This document shows positions 21,149 to 32,086 of a stretch of DNA of 64,000 nucleotides, piece after piece. This DNA is from Pseudomonadota bacterium (lineage in GTDB: Bacteria; Pseudomonadota; Gammaproteobacteria; Eutrophobiales; Eutrophobiaceae): the NCBI GenBank assembly GCA_038142205.1, contig JAYQJO010000001.1, positions 678,527 to 742,526 on the forward strand. Direction: 5' to 3'. The stretch's first letter is position 1, and each line of letters opens with the position of its first letter. A program made the position numbers and the translations under genes. The notes beneath the pieces are model-generated. The model did no database searches and was not told the origin of the DNA. It saw nothing but the letters and a program-made list of their open reading frames with translations.

Positions 21149-22120
21149 TGGCTTATATCGTAAGGCGTATTGCTTATGCCATTCCCATACGCATAGGTGT
21201 CAATATCATTACGTTTCTATTGTTTTTTGTTGTTAATACACCTGATGATATGGCTCGTATGCAACATGGCGCGAAACATGTTAGTGAAGCTGCCATAGAA
21301 AAGTGGAAAGAAGAAAGGGGCTATGACAAACCGATACTCTGGAACAGCGATGCCGAAGCATCAGAAAAAATAACGGATACGATCTTTTTGAAAACTCAGT
21401 AAAACTGTTTTTGTTTGATTTTGGTCGTTCAGATAGTGGCCGTGATATTAGTTATGATATCAGTCAGCGTATGTGGCCCAGTCTTTCTATTACAGTACCC
21501 AGTTTACTATTAGGTCTATTGGCCTATATCACCTTTGGTTTAATACCGCCTTCTTCCGCGGCAGTTATATTGATGTATCCGGTGTTATTCTTTGTGTTGC
21601 CATGATGTCGATATCCGGTTTGTTTTATATTATTGGCGGCCAGTTTCTAATAGGTAAAGTTCTGCATCTTGTGCCTATTTCCGGCTATGACACAGGGCTT
21701 AATGCAATTAAATTTACAGTCTTACCCGTATTAATCGGTTTGGTTGGCGGTATTGGTGCGAGTACCCGTTGGTATAGAACTATTTTTCTTGAAGAGATGG
21801 GGAAGGATTATGTGCGTACAGCAAAAGCGAAAGGCTTATCAGAAACGATAGTTTTATATAAACATGTATTAGCGAATGGACTTATTCCAATTTTGACGGG
21901 AGTTGTTGTTATTCTGCCTACTTTATTTATGGGGAGTTTAATTGTTGAGTCCTTTTTCGCTATTCCCGGTTTAGGCAGCTATACCATCGATGCAATTAGT
22001 GCGCAGGATTTCGCCATTGTACGCTCGATGGTCTTCCTAGGTTCTGTGCTTTATATTATTGGTTTGATATTAACTGACATCTCTTACACTCTCGTTGATC
22101 CAAGAGTGAGGCTAAACTAA
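21145..22120 (+). pseudogene. YejB-like ABC permease, interrupted by two -1 frame changes (near 21365-21395 and near 21548-21560).
   Basis: Three consecutive ORFs in frames 1, 3 and 2 (21145-21402, 21411-21605, 21473-22120) together align colinearly with E. coli YejB. The matched segments are 'MMAYIVRRIAYAIP...', '...LFLFDFGRSD...SITVPSLLLG...', and '...RGSYIDVSGV...EAA-loop...DISYTLVDPRV'. Confidence 0.6.
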
Positions 22121-23523
22121 TGCCTGTTATTTTTATCACAGATGCCTTTATCTTCCTGTTAGTGTTCATGGTGATAGGTTTTGTTTTCTATGCAAGAAAA
22201 CATGAACACTTAAGTGCGCCGTGGAGAGATGTTGCGCGTCGCCCTATAGCTATGTCAGCAGCCGTAGTGTTATCGGTATATATCGTTATCGGTTTACTCG
22301 ATTCATTGCATTTCCATCCCAAGCTTGAAGACAATAAACCATCAGAAACGGTTTATTCTACTCAGATACTCAGTGTGCTCGATCTGGTTTTATCTGATCT
22401 GCGAGAGAACACAGAAAGGACCTATTCAGCGCCATTAGCAAGTCATGCGTTTGCAAAAGAAATGATAGATCAACCGAATGGTAAACAGATACGAGATTAT
22501 CCGCGGTTGAAATTCGGTGGTGCACATCTTAATGATCCCGAGGCAGAACGTTGTGTAGATATTACTCAGCGGTTTTTTATCGGTTTAATAGCGGGCTTAC
22601 TCATTAGTGCAGTTGTTATTCTTTTCATTACCTTAATGATAAGTAAAAAGAATAATATGGTATTCAAAGCGACACTAAATAAATGCATCAAAAATGAATT
22701 GGACATTCCCTGGTATGCTATTTTTATTACATTAGCTTTTATTATTACAACCATCGCGTGTATCTATAACCTTGCTCAATACTATCATGTGTTAGGCACG
22801 GATAAGGTTGGACAAGATGTGCTTTATCAGTCATTAAAAAGTATACGTACTGGTTTGGTGATTGGTACGTTAACAACATTAGTCATGCTGCCATTTGCTA
22901 TCATGATGGGCTTAATGGCGGGCTACTTCCGTGGCTGGATAGATGACGTTATTCAATATCTCTATACAACATTAAACTCCATTCCTGGCGTATTGCTAAT
23001 TGCGGCTTCAATACTGTTGTTACAAGTCTATATTAGTAATCATGAAGCGGATTTTACCAGTCTCGAACAACGCGCTGATTTAAGGTTATTATTTCTCTGT
23101 ATCATTCTTGGTATTACAAGTTGGACAGGTTTGTGTCGTTTATTAAGAGCGGAAGCTTTAAAGCTCAGAGATGTTGATTATGTACAGGCCGCTCAGGCAT
23201 TTGGTGTTGGTAATTTCAGTATTTTATTGCGTCATCTATTACCTAATGTCATGCATATCGTCATGATTTCAATTGTTCTGGATTTTAGCGGTTTGGTATT
23301 AGCTGAAGCAGTCCTGTCATATATTAATATCGGCGTGGACCCGAGTATGTATAGCTGGGGTAATATGATTAATAGTGCGCGTTTGGAAATTGCGCGTGAT
23401 CCTGTTGTTTGGTGGTCACTAGCCGCAGCTTTTATATTTATGTTTGTTCTTGTGCTTGCGGCCAACCTGTTTTCTGATGCTGTTCGCGATGCGTTTGATC
23501 CAAGATTACGTGGAGAAGTTTAA
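22120..23523 (+). CDS. YejE-like ABC permease.
   Basis: 467 aa. The BPD_transp_1 C-terminal region ends '...DAVRDAFDPRLRGEV' (YejE ends 'EAVRDAFDPNK'). Multiple TM helices. Confidence 0.8.
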   Translation: MPVIFITDAFIFLLVFMVIGFVFYARKHEHLSAPWRDVARRPIAMSAAVVLSVYIVIGLLDSLHFHPKLEDNKPSETVYSTQILSVLDLVLSDLRENTERTYSAPLASHAFAKEMIDQPNGKQIRDYPRLKFGGAHLNDPEAERCVDITQRFFIGLIAGLLISAVVILFITLMISKKNNMVFKATLNKCIKNELDIPWYAIFITLAFIITTIACIYNLAQYYHVLGTDKVGQDVLYQSLKSIRTGLVIGTLTTLVMLPFAIMMGLMAGYFRGWIDDVIQYLYTTLNSIPGVLLIAASILLLQVYISNHEADFTSLEQRADLRLLFLCIILGITSWTGLCRLLRAEALKLRDVDYVQAAQAFGVGNFSILLRHLLPNVMHIVMISIVLDFSGLVLAEAVLSYINIGVDPSMYSWGNMINSARLEIARDPVVWWSLAAAFIFMFVLVLAANLFSDAVRDAFDPRLRGEV

Positions 23524-23525
23524 TT

Positions 23526-23927
23526 ATGACGATAGTAGAACTTCCAAAAGATAGACAACCTGAAATAAAAATTGTAGCAATGCCGAAAGATACTAATCCT
23601 GGCGGTAGTATTTTAGGCGGATGGATAATGTCGCAAATTGATGTTGCAGCAGGGATAACCGCTTTGGAACGCGCAAAAGGCAGAGTGGTTACTGTAGCTG
23701 TTAATTCAATCGAGTTTCATGAGCCTGTTTTTGTCGGTGATATTATTAGCTGCTATACAGAGATTATTAAAACAGGTAATACCTCTATAACAATCAAAGT
23801 CGAAGTCTTTTCTCAGAGAAATCCATCGAATATAGAAACCGTCAAAGTCACGGAAGCAGAGTTAACCTATGTGGCGTTGGATGAAAATAGAAAACCACGA
23901 CAATTACCAGATTTGGATACGGAATAG
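23526..23927 (+). CDS. yciA: Acyl-CoA thioester hydrolase of the hotdog fold (YciA-like), embedded inside the ABC transporter operon.
   Basis: 133 aa. 'IVAMPKDTNPGGSILGGWIMSQIDVAAG...GRVVTVAVNSIEFHEPVFVGD' aligns with E. coli YciA 'LAMPADTNANGDIFGGWLMSQMDIGG...GRVVTVRVEGMTF'. Confidence 0.8.
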   Translation: MTIVELPKDRQPEIKIVAMPKDTNPGGSILGGWIMSQIDVAAGITALERAKGRVVTVAVNSIEFHEPVFVGDIISCYTEIIKTGNTSITIKVEVFSQRNPSNIETVKVTEAELTYVALDENRKPRQLPDLDTE

Positions 23928-23929
23928 TT

Positions 23930-25567
23930 ATGTCTGAAATATTACTCGAAGTTAAAAACCTGGTTACATCTGTTAGAACAAACAGCAATAAAGTAAATGT
24001 TGTTGATGATGTCAGTTTTAATATCAACAAAGGAGAGACTTTTGTTTTATTAGGTGAGTCCGGTAGTGGTAAGTCCATGAGCGCTTTATCCATTATGCGC
24101 TTACTTCCAGCTGCATTGAAAATTAACGGCGGTAGTGTTGTATTAAATGGACAGAACTTATTCGAATTACCGGAAAGTAAAATGCGTGATATACGTGGCG
24201 CACAAATCGGTATGATATTTCAGGAACCGCAAACATCATTAAATCCGGTATTGACTGCGGGGCAACAAATCAGCGAAACATTATTTAGACACCAAAAACT
24301 ATCAAAACAGGAATGTATTAAACGCAGCATTGAGTTGCTCGATGCCGTTGGTATTCCTGAGCCGGATAGGCGAATTAATGAATATCCACATCAGTTTTCC
24401 GGCGGCATGAAGCAACGCATTATGATTGCCATAGCATTAGCCGGCAAACCTGATTTATTAATTGCGGATGAACCAACAACAGCACTGGATGTGACCATTC
24501 AGGCTCAAGTACTGGATTTATTATTGAAGCTACAAAAAGATAATAATATGTCTATTCTTTTTATCACGCATGATTTAGGTGTAACTGCACAAATGGCTGA
24601 TCATGTCGCGGTAATGCGCCAGGGAAAAATAGTCGAAGAAAAAGATAAAACCAGTTTATTTGAAAAGCCAGAACACCCTTATACTCTGCAATTATTTGAT
24701 GCAATTCCCAGTTGGGATAAACGACAATCAGAAGCGGACGATACCGAGTTTGAACGTAAGGATGAAGATTGTTTATTAAAAGTACGTGATTTAAAAGTGC
24801 ATTATCCTATTTGTGAAGGTTTATTTAAGAAAGTAGTCGGGCATGTCAAAGCGGTCGATGGTGTTACATTGGATGTCCATGCCGGCGAAACAGTTGCTGT
24901 AGTTGGTGAATCCGGAAGCGGTAAGACAACGATGGGAAAAGGTATATTGCGCTTATTGCAAACAACTGATGGCGAAGTGTTATATGAAGGGAATGATTTG
25001 AGTCATCTGAATGCAGAAGCATTAAGAAAAAAACGCTCAGAAATACAAATTGTCTTTCAGGATCCTTACTCATCTATGAACCCGAGAATGATGATTAGAG
25101 ATATCATTCAAGAAGGTATGCTTGCGCAAGGTATCGGTGCGACGCAGCAGGAACGTGATCAAATGACGACTGAATTATTATTACAAGTTGGCTTGTTGGA
25201 AGAACATTTATTACGTTATCCGCATGAGTTTTCAGGAGGACAACGTCAGCGTATTTGTATAGCACGCGCATTAGCAGTAAAACCGAAGTTAATTATTTGT
25301 GATGAACCGACCAGTGCACTGGATGTATCCGTGCAAGCACAAATATTGGAGTTATTACGAGAGTTACAAAAGCAACATCAACTTGGGTATTTGTTCATTA
25401 CACATAACATCAGTGTGGTTGAATATATTGCGCACTATGTCGCCGTCATGTACCAAGGAAAAATTGTAGAACAGGGAAAAGTAGAACAGGTGTTAATGAA
25501 TCCTGAAAATGACTACACGAAACAATTGCTTTCAGCCGTGCCGCGTATTAGTACGGCGACAGCATAA
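23930..25567 (+). CDS. YejF-like double ABC ATPase.
   Basis: 545 aa with two Walker A motifs ([16 protein letters not shown]) and two LSGGQ-type signatures ([16 protein letters not shown]). Confidence 0.9.
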   Translation: MSEILLEVKNLVTSVRTNSNKVNVVDDVSFNINKGETFVLLGESGSGKSMSALSIMRLLPAALKINGGSVVLNGQNLFELPESKMRDIRGAQIGMIFQEPQTSLNPVLTAGQQISETLFRHQKLSKQECIKRSIELLDAVGIPEPDRRINEYPHQFSGGMKQRIMIAIALAGKPDLLIADEPTTALDVTIQAQVLDLLLKLQKDNNMSILFITHDLGVTAQMADHVAVMRQGKIVEEKDKTSLFEKPEHPYTLQLFDAIPSWDKRQSEADDTEFERKDEDCLLKVRDLKVHYPICEGLFKKVVGHVKAVDGVTLDVHAGETVAVVGESGSGKTTMGKGILRLLQTTDGEVLYEGNDLSHLNAEALRKKRSEIQIVFQDPYSSMNPRMMIRDIIQEGMLAQGIGATQQERDQMTTELLLQVGLLEEHLLRYPHEFSGGQRQRICIARALAVKPKLIICDEPTSALDVSVQAQILELLRELQKQHQLGYLFITHNISVVEYIAHYVAVMYQGKIVEQGKVEQVLMNPENDYTKQLLSAVPRISTATA

Positions 25568-25608
25568 AATTAAATAATTTGAATAGAGATAGGTAAGATT
25601 TAAAGCAG

Positions 25609-25905
25609 ATGGAAATTTCATTTGGCGATACAGTAAAAGTATTAAGTACAGAACAAACAGAAGAAACCGGTTTAGCAGGTAAAACGGGAGAAATACTGGG
25701 AGAAACCAGTCCATCATCAACAGGCGTGACGTATTTCGGTGACGCGAAAGATGATTATGTGATTAATGTCGAATTTCTCGATATAAATGAAGAATACTGG
25801 TTTGCGCCTGATTTATTAGAACTCGTTTCTGATGACAGTAATAAAGAAACAACAACGTATTCAAAAACTGTTCAACAAAAAAAATGGTGGCAAGTTTGGA
25901 AATAA
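25609..25905 (+). CDS. Hypothetical protein (98 aa).
   Basis: An ORF directly downstream of the ABC ATPase. Acidic, with no recognised domain. Weak call. Confidence 0.3.
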   Translation: MEISFGDTVKVLSTEQTEETGLAGKTGEILGETSPSSTGVTYFGDAKDDYVINVEFLDINEEYWFAPDLLELVSDDSNKETTTYSKTVQQKKWWQVWK

Positions 25906-25906
25906 G

Positions 25907-26323
25907 ATGAAAATATGTATTAAAATTTTTTCTCTATCATTTCTTTCATTAATTGTCACTTTTAATTGCCATGCAGCATGTTCTATTTATAAAGCAAAAA
26001 CTGCCGAGGAAACTATAGTCGGTATCAAAAGCTGGAGTGATTTAGATGAACACTTTGCTGAATTTCACAGTTGCGATGATGGTGCAATAGCAGAAGGTTA
26101 TTCCGATGTTATTTCAATGTTGCTTACAAAAAAATGGAAAGAGTTAAATTCACTTAAAATAGATGATGAATTTAAGAAATTTATAGTTTCGCATATAGAT
26201 AAAACATGGGAAGAATCAGAAATAACTTCTGCTTCAAATAATGTTAATAGTTATTGTATAGATAATATAAAAGAGATTTGTGAAGCAATAATGATTTTAA
26301 GCAACAATTTCTCAAAACTTTAA
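25907..26323 (+). CDS. Hypothetical small secreted protein (138 aa from the ATG at 25907).
   Basis: The signal peptide is 'MKICIKIFSLSFLSLIVTFNCHA'. The ORF is locally very AT-rich and contains 4 Cys. Confidence 0.4.
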   Translation: MKICIKIFSLSFLSLIVTFNCHAACSIYKAKTAEETIVGIKSWSDLDEHFAEFHSCDDGAIAEGYSDVISMLLTKKWKELNSLKIDDEFKKFIVSHIDKTWEESEITSASNNVNSYCIDNIKEICEAIMILSNNFSKL

Positions 26324-27828
26324 TGAGTAAAACTATTGGCTTAATCATCGGGCCTGTTCTGTTTTTATTGTTGTTGCTCATGCCGTCATCAGAGCAGTTG
26401 CCGCAGAATGCAGTTTATGTGCTTGCTATAGCTGCGTTAATGGCGACATGGTGGATTACTGAAGCGATACCTATACCGGCTACGGCTATGCTACCTATTT
26501 TTTTGTTTCCGGTTTTTGGGGTGATGGATGGTAGTAGCGTCACTCAAGCTTATGCGCATCATCTTATCTATTTATTTCTCGGTGGTTTTCTTATTGCTGT
26601 TACCATGGAGAAATGGAATCTTCACCGACGTATTGCTCTTCATACTATTCTATTTTTTGGGACGACACCTGATCGTATTGTTCTAGGATTCATGGTCTCA
26701 TCTGCAGGTTTATCTATGTGGATCAGTAACACTGCTGCGACGATGATGATGCTTACGATTGGAATTGCTGTGTTAAAAAAAATAAGCGATGAAATTAAAT
26801 ACGACAAGTCTTTGCAGGTTGATACTCGACCTGAGTATTTTCGTTTTGGAATTGCATTGATGCTAGGTATTGCCTACGGCGCTTCAATTGGAGGTATATC
26901 AACATTAATTGGTACGCCGCCTAATGCCGTACTTGCTGGTATTATCGAAACACAATTCCAGCAAAGTATTAGCTTCTTGGATTGGATGATATTTGCTTTA
27001 CCTTTATCAATCATCATGCTGATAATTACTTGGTGCTTTTTAACGCGCTTCGCTTATCCAAGTGAAATAAAACAACTACCGGGCAGTAAAGCAGTTTTAA
27101 AGCAAGAGATGGCAGAATTAGGCGCTATGTCCAAAGAGGAAAAAATAGTGTTATTCGTTTTTTGCGGTGTGGCACTGGCATGGGTGGTCCGTGGTCTCGT
27201 AGAGATCGAACAGTTTAAATTGATTAAAGATTCAACCATCGCAATTGGTGGTGCGTTATTACTTTTTATCATTCCATCAAACCTTAAGAAACGTGAGTTT
27301 TTGCTCGATTGGAAAACGGCACTTAAAATACCGTGGGATATATTAATATTATTTGGTGGTGGCTTTGCGCTGGCAAAAGGCTTTTCTGATAGTGGTTTAA
27401 CTCACGCAATTGCAATTCAACTTAATATGCTTCAAGGCAGCAACCTGTTTCTTATCATAATAGCCGTTACGTTGATGGTTATTGTTTTAACGGAAATAAC
27501 ATCTAATGTTGCTACAGCATCTATGATCCTTCCTGTTATTGCAGCATTGGCTATTGCAATAAATATTCATCCTTACTGTTTGATGTTTTCTGTTGCCATT
27601 GCCGCTTCTTTTGCTTTTATGTTGCCTGTAGCTACGCCGCCTAATGCTATTGCCTTTAGTAGCCGTTACGTCACAATAAGACAAATGGTTAAAGCGGGTA
27701 TATGGATAAATCTTTTCGGATTAATTTTAATTACTTTATTTATAAACTATTATTTACCAGTTGTATGGGGAATAGACATTAATACACTGCCATCAGAATT
27801 TACGGTAGTAACCGAAAGTTTATTTTAG
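26323..27828 (+). CDS. Divalent anion:Na+ symporter (DASS/SLC13 family) permease.
   Basis: 501 aa polytopic protein. 'ATWWITEAIPIPATAMLPIFLFPVFGV' and the duplicated 'TPPNA' motifs ('GTPPNAVLAG', 'ATPPNAIAF') are typical of NadC/SLC13-type transporters. Confidence 0.8.
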   Translation: MSKTIGLIIGPVLFLLLLLMPSSEQLPQNAVYVLAIAALMATWWITEAIPIPATAMLPIFLFPVFGVMDGSSVTQAYAHHLIYLFLGGFLIAVTMEKWNLHRRIALHTILFFGTTPDRIVLGFMVSSAGLSMWISNTAATMMMLTIGIAVLKKISDEIKYDKSLQVDTRPEYFRFGIALMLGIAYGASIGGISTLIGTPPNAVLAGIIETQFQQSISFLDWMIFALPLSIIMLIITWCFLTRFAYPSEIKQLPGSKAVLKQEMAELGAMSKEEKIVLFVFCGVALAWVVRGLVEIEQFKLIKDSTIAIGGALLLFIIPSNLKKREFLLDWKTALKIPWDILILFGGGFALAKGFSDSGLTHAIAIQLNMLQGSNLFLIIIAVTLMVIVLTEITSNVATASMILPVIAALAIAINIHPYCLMFSVAIAASFAFMLPVATPPNAIAFSSRYVTIRQMVKAGIWINLFGLILITLFINYYLPVVWGIDINTLPSEFTVVTESLF

Positions 27829-27878
27829 TTAACACATATTATAAAAGAACTAAAAAGGGCTGTTTAAGAAACCTCCCA

Positions 27879-28394
27879 TTGAATATTATGGAACAAGATT
27901 ACGACGACTACGAAGAGTTTGGGAAAAGCAAATCTCAGGTTAAACGGGAGTTGCAAGAGTTACATGATTTAGGTAAGCAGCTTGTTGAGTTGCCTGATGC
28001 TCATTTCTTGCAAGTTCCTGTGTCGGATAAATTAAGAGAAGCCGTTACTGCAGCTAAAAAGATGAAGCTCGCCGCATTAAAACGTCAACTTAAGTTTGTG
28101 TCGGGTTTAATGCAGAAAGAAGATGAGGTCGCAATTCGCACTGCATTGGAAAAATTACGAAAACCACACAAGCAAAAAGTGGATCAGTTTCATGAAGTAG
28201 AACAATGGCGTGATTCATTGTTGGAAGGTAATCAAGAATTGATTAGCGAATTAGCGGATAAGTTTGAAAATTTTGAACGACAGCACGTTAATCAATTAAT
28301 TCGTAACGCTAAAAAAGAGCAGACTAATAATAAGGCACCTAAATCAGCGCGATTATTGTTTAAATATTTATCTGAGTTACAAAGCGAACAATGA
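27879..28394 (+). CDS. yjgA: DUF615 / YjgA (DarP) ribosome-associated protein.
   Basis: 171 aa. '[26 protein letters not shown]...[28 protein letters not shown]' parallels E. coli YjgA '...SKSEIKRDAEELKRLGAELVDL...[28 protein letters not shown]'. Confidence 0.8.
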   Translation: [171 protein letters not shown]

Positions 28395-28825
28395 GCCTTG
28401 AAATAGTGCTTGCTGATTATTCCAGTGAGCAGCATAGCAACGATATTATTTCTCTTCTTAATGATTACGCGCTCGATCCTATGGGCGGTGGCGAAGCATT
28501 ATCTTCTTATGTAAAAGAAAATCTTGTTATTGAATTAGCCAAGCAGTATGGCGCTATTACTGTTCTTGCTTATATTGATGATAAACCAGCAGGTTTGATT
28601 AATTGTTTTCAGTGTTTTTCTACTTTTAAATGTAAACCATTGCTAAACATTCATGATGTTGTCGTTCTGAATCAATATCGCGACCAAGGTATTTGTCAGA
28701 AGATGTTGAATAAAGTTGAAGAATTGGCTACAGAAAAAGATTGCTGCAAATTAACACTTGAAGTTCTGCAAGGAAATGAGGCTGCAAAAAAAGCTTATAT
28801 TAATTATGGCTTTGAAGCATATTAA
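28391..28825 (+). CDS. GNAT family N-acetyltransferase.
   Basis: 144 aa. The acetyl-CoA binding region 'VVVLNQYRDQGICQKMLNKVEE' (Q/RxxGxG/A-like); ATGA overlap with yjgA. Confidence 0.75.
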   Translation: MSLEIVLADYSSEQHSNDIISLLNDYALDPMGGGEALSSYVKENLVIELAKQYGAITVLAYIDDKPAGLINCFQCFSTFKCKPLLNIHDVVVLNQYRDQGICQKMLNKVEELATEKDCCKLTLEVLQGNEAAKKAYINYGFEAY

Positions 28826-28854
28826 CTTGATCCGGCAAATGGCAAAGCCTTATT

Positions 28855-29514
28855 TTGGCAGAAAACACTGGAATAATTATTATGGTTGATGAACGCTCTA
28901 CAGATCTAGATGATATTGAGAAAGTGACGTTAGCACATTATGACAATAGTGCTGAGTCTTTTTGGCAAGGCACAAAAGATCATGATGTTAGTCAGAATAT
29001 TGAAGCTTTTCTGAATGCACTACCTGAAGACGTGGCGTTAGATATTCTTGATTTTGGCTGTGGTCCCGGTCGTGATGTTCATACGTTTAAAACGTTAGGG
29101 CATAATCCTGTTGGTCTTGATGGTAGCCTGTCATTTTGTGAAATGGCTAGGAAACACAGTGCTTGTCCTGTTTTACACCAGCAATTTTTAAGTCTTGATT
29201 TACAGGAAAATACATTTGATGGCATTTTTGCAAATGCGTCACTATTTCATGTGCCCAGCAAGGAATTACCTCGTGTTTTACTAGAGTTAAATAGAGCGTT
29301 ACGTCCTAATGGAATTTTGTTTACATCAAATCCTAGAGGGAATGTAGAGGGCTGGAACGGGCAGCGTTATGGGCACTATATGGAATTAGAAGTTAGCAAG
29401 AAGTTTATGGAAACTGCCGGTTTTGAAATCATTCATTATTATTATCGTCCTGAAGGCCTACCTTGCGAACAACAACCCTGGTTGGCCATTGTCAGTAAAG
29501 CATTACCGTTATAA
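28855..29514 (+). CDS. Class I SAM-dependent methyltransferase.
   Basis: Motif I 'ILDFGCGPGRD'. Confidence 0.7.
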   Translation: MAENTGIIIMVDERSTDLDDIEKVTLAHYDNSAESFWQGTKDHDVSQNIEAFLNALPEDVALDILDFGCGPGRDVHTFKTLGHNPVGLDGSLSFCEMARKHSACPVLHQQFLSLDLQENTFDGIFANASLFHVPSKELPRVLLELNRALRPNGILFTSNPRGNVEGWNGQRYGHYMELEVSKKFMETAGFEIIHYYYRPEGLPCEQQPWLAIVSKALPL

Positions 29515-29580
29515 GCATAATCCCTGCTAAACTTTGTTTTGAAACAGTGACTGTAAAAATCTAAAAGGGGAGAAGTATGT

Positions 29581-29934
29581 ATGGAATACTTTACTGATGC
29601 ATTTAAGAAATATGCCGAGTTTTCAGGACGTGCGACACGTACACAGTATTGGATGTTCATATTGATATATATGATTGTTTATGTTGTCTTAGCGGTGATA
29701 GATGGTTTTGTTTTAGGGTTTCCTATACTTTCAGGTATTTTAAGTCTTGCAGCAATTATTCCCAGCTTAAGTCTTGCAGCAAGACGATTACATGATATTG
29801 GGCGTACAGGTTGGTGGTTGCTAATATCTTTAGTCCCACTGGTCGGAGTAGTCGTGCTATTAGTATTTTTTATTATGGACAGTGTTGAAGACAATGAATA
29901 CGGTCCAAATCCAAAAGCAGCGTTAGACGCTTAG
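29581..29934 (+). CDS. DUF805 inner-membrane protein (YhaH/YhaI family).
   Basis: 'FSGRATRTQYWMF...' and '...RRLHDIGRTGWW' are hallmark DUF805 motifs, flanking TM helices. Confidence 0.7.
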   Translation: MEYFTDAFKKYAEFSGRATRTQYWMFILIYMIVYVVLAVIDGFVLGFPILSGILSLAAIIPSLSLAARRLHDIGRTGWWLLISLVPLVGVVVLLVFFIMDSVEDNEYGPNPKAALDA

Positions 29935-29938
29935 TAAC

Positions 29939-29976
29939 AAAGCTGCATCATGAGTATGATGCAGCTTTTGCTTTTT
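29939..29976. terminator. Bidirectional rho-independent terminator between the convergent DUF805 gene and gor.
   Basis: The hairpin AGCTGCATCAT-gagt-ATGATGCAGCT is followed by TTTTGCTTTTT. An A-rich stretch precedes it on the other strand. Confidence 0.65.
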
Positions 29977-31330
29977 AGTCGCTAATAGGTTCACGCATCG
30001 TAACGAATTCTTCTGCTGCTGTTGGGTGAATACCAATGGTTGAATCAAATACTTTCTTAGTCGCTCCTGCTTTTATTGCTATTCCTATACCTTGAATAAT
30101 TTCTCCTGCATCAGGCCCGAGCATGTGCACACCGACAACAAGATCTGTTTTTTTATCGACAATGATCTTCATCAATGTTTTTTCATCGTTATCTGACAAC
30201 GAAAGTTTCATAGGCTTGAAAGATGATTTATAAATTTCAATTTCATCAAACTTTTTACGTGCTTCTTCTTCTGTCAGTCCAACCGTTCCAATATTGGGCT
30301 GGCTGAATACACAGGTTGGAATATTAGAATAGTCTACATCTTTATCTTCATTAGCATAAAACCGTTTTGCTAAAACCATGCCTTCTGCAAGCGCAACCGG
30401 TGTTAGATTGACACGATTAGTTACGTCGCCAATGGCATAAATAGAAGGCACATTGGTTTGATATTCTTCATTTACTTTGATGGCATTATTTTTATCTATC
30501 TCAACTCCAACTGTTTCTAACCCCAGGTTTTCCGTCATGGGTTTACGACCGGTTGCATACATGATTTGTCCGGCTTCAAGTTGTTCGCTATTTTCCAGCG
30601 TTGCAATTAATCCATCACCCTTTTTTTCAATCGCAGCGATATTTGAATTAAATTTGATTTTAATACCCTTTTTTTGCATTTCATCTGCTAATGCTTCACG
30701 TAGATCTTGATCAAATCCACGCAAGAATAATGGGCCACGATAAAGTAGTGTAGTATCAACGCCCAAGCCATGAAAAATACCGGCAAACTCGACGGCGATA
30801 TAACCGCCACCAACAATAATGATTTTTTCCGGAAGTGCATCAAGAAAAAAAGCTTCATTGGAAGAAATAATATGTTCTTTACCGGGTATATCAGGAACAC
30901 TTGGCCAGCCGCCTGTTGCGACTAATATGCGTTCTGCTGTGATGTGCTTGCCTTCTACTTCAACAGTATGTTCATCAACTATTTTCGCGCGTCCAAGGAT
31001 GATTTTAGCACCAGAATTATTGAGAATGCGTTCATAAACACCATTCAAACGTTTAATTTCAGTGTTTTTGTTTTTTATTAATGTTGACCAGTCAAAATCA
31101 GTCTTGCTGATATCCCAGCCAAAACTTCTAGCATTTTCAAAGTCTTCTGAAAAATGTGATGCGTAAACAAATAGTTTTTTCGGTACACAACCAACATTAA
31201 CGCAAGTGCCGCCGAGGTAACGGTCTTCGGCAACCGCGACACGCGCGCCAAGACTTGCTGACATGCGCGCGGCACGAACACCGCCAGAGCCTGCGCCGAT
31301 AACAAATAAGTCGTACTCAAATTTACTCAT
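29975..31330 (-). CDS. gor: Glutathione-disulfide reductase.
   Basis: 451 aa. The FAD fold is '[15 protein letters not shown]'. The redox-active disulfide is '[13 protein letters not shown]'. The C-terminal '[13 protein letters not shown]' is identical in character to E. coli Gor. Confidence 0.9.
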   Translation of the reverse strand: MSKFEYDLFVIGAGSGGVRAARMSASLGARVAVAEDRYLGGTCVNVGCVPKKLFVYASHFSEDFENARSFGWDISKTDFDWSTLIKNKNTEIKRLNGVYERILNNSGAKIILGRAKIVDEHTVEVEGKHITAERILVATGGWPSVPDIPGKEHIISSNEAFFLDALPEKIIIVGGGYIAVEFAGIFHGLGVDTTLLYRGPLFLRGFDQDLREALADEMQKKGIKIKFNSNIAAIEKKGDGLIATLENSEQLEAGQIMYATGRKPMTENLGLETVGVEIDKNNAIKVNEEYQTNVPSIYAIGDVTNRVNLTPVALAEGMVLAKRFYANEDKDVDYSNIPTCVFSQPNIGTVGLTEEEARKKFDEIEIYKSSFKPMKLSLSDNDEKTLMKIIVDKKTDLVVGVHMLGPDAGEIIQGIGIAIKAGATKKVFDSTIGIHPTAAEEFVTMREPISD

Positions 31331-31417
31331 GATATAGTGTTCTCTTTTTTAAATGCAGATTAACTCAATTAGCACTCATTCTGTAGTTGAATATATTAAT
31401 AGAGGCGATAAATAAAT

Positions 31418-32083
31418 ATGATAGAACTTTTTACCGCAGCTACACCCAATGGGCATAAAGTCACAATAGCATTGGAAGAAATGGGATTAGAATATACAAC
31501 GCATCGAATTGACCTGGGTGCCAAAGAGCAAAAAGAAGACTGGTATCTGAAGTTAAATCCTAATGGGCGTATTCCTACGATTGTTGATCGTGATAATGAT
31601 GATTTTGTCGTCTTCGAATCTGGAGCAATATTAATTTATCTGGCAGAGAAAACAGGGCAATTCCTGCCGCAGGATAGCAAAGGTCGATCATTGGTAATGC
31701 AATGGCTTATGTATCAAATGGGTGGGGTTGGCCCGATGCAAGGCCAGGCTAATGTATTTCATCGCTATGCGCCGGAGAAAATACCGTACGCTATTGAACG
31801 TTACCAGAATGAATGCCGACGTTTATATGAAGTGTTGAATACACGACTTGCAGATAATGAATATCTGGCCGGTGATTATTCCATTGCTGATATTGCTACC
31901 TGGCCGTGGATCAGCGGTCATCAATGGTCAGGACTGACGCTTGATGATCTGGAGCATCTTAAACGTTGGTTTGAACAGATTGGAAAACGGAAGGCCGTTA
32001 TTGTTGGCAAGGATATTCCGGATGAAATGGAGGCTGGAACGGGCAAGTCGAAAGTAGATGTTATCCGTGAGTTTGTAATCTAG
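31418..32083 (+). CDS. Glutathione S-transferase, YfcG-like.
   Basis: 221 aa. '[25 protein letters not shown]...[15 protein letters not shown]...[16 protein letters not shown]' aligns with E. coli YfcG. Confidence 0.85.
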   Translation: MIELFTAATPNGHKVTIALEEMGLEYTTHRIDLGAKEQKEDWYLKLNPNGRIPTIVDRDNDDFVVFESGAILIYLAEKTGQFLPQDSKGRSLVMQWLMYQMGGVGPMQGQANVFHRYAPEKIPYAIERYQNECRRLYEVLNTRLADNEYLAGDYSIADIATWPWISGHQWSGLTLDDLEHLKRWFEQIGKRKAVIVGKDIPDEMEAGTGKSKVDVIREFVI

Positions 32084-32086
32084 AGT

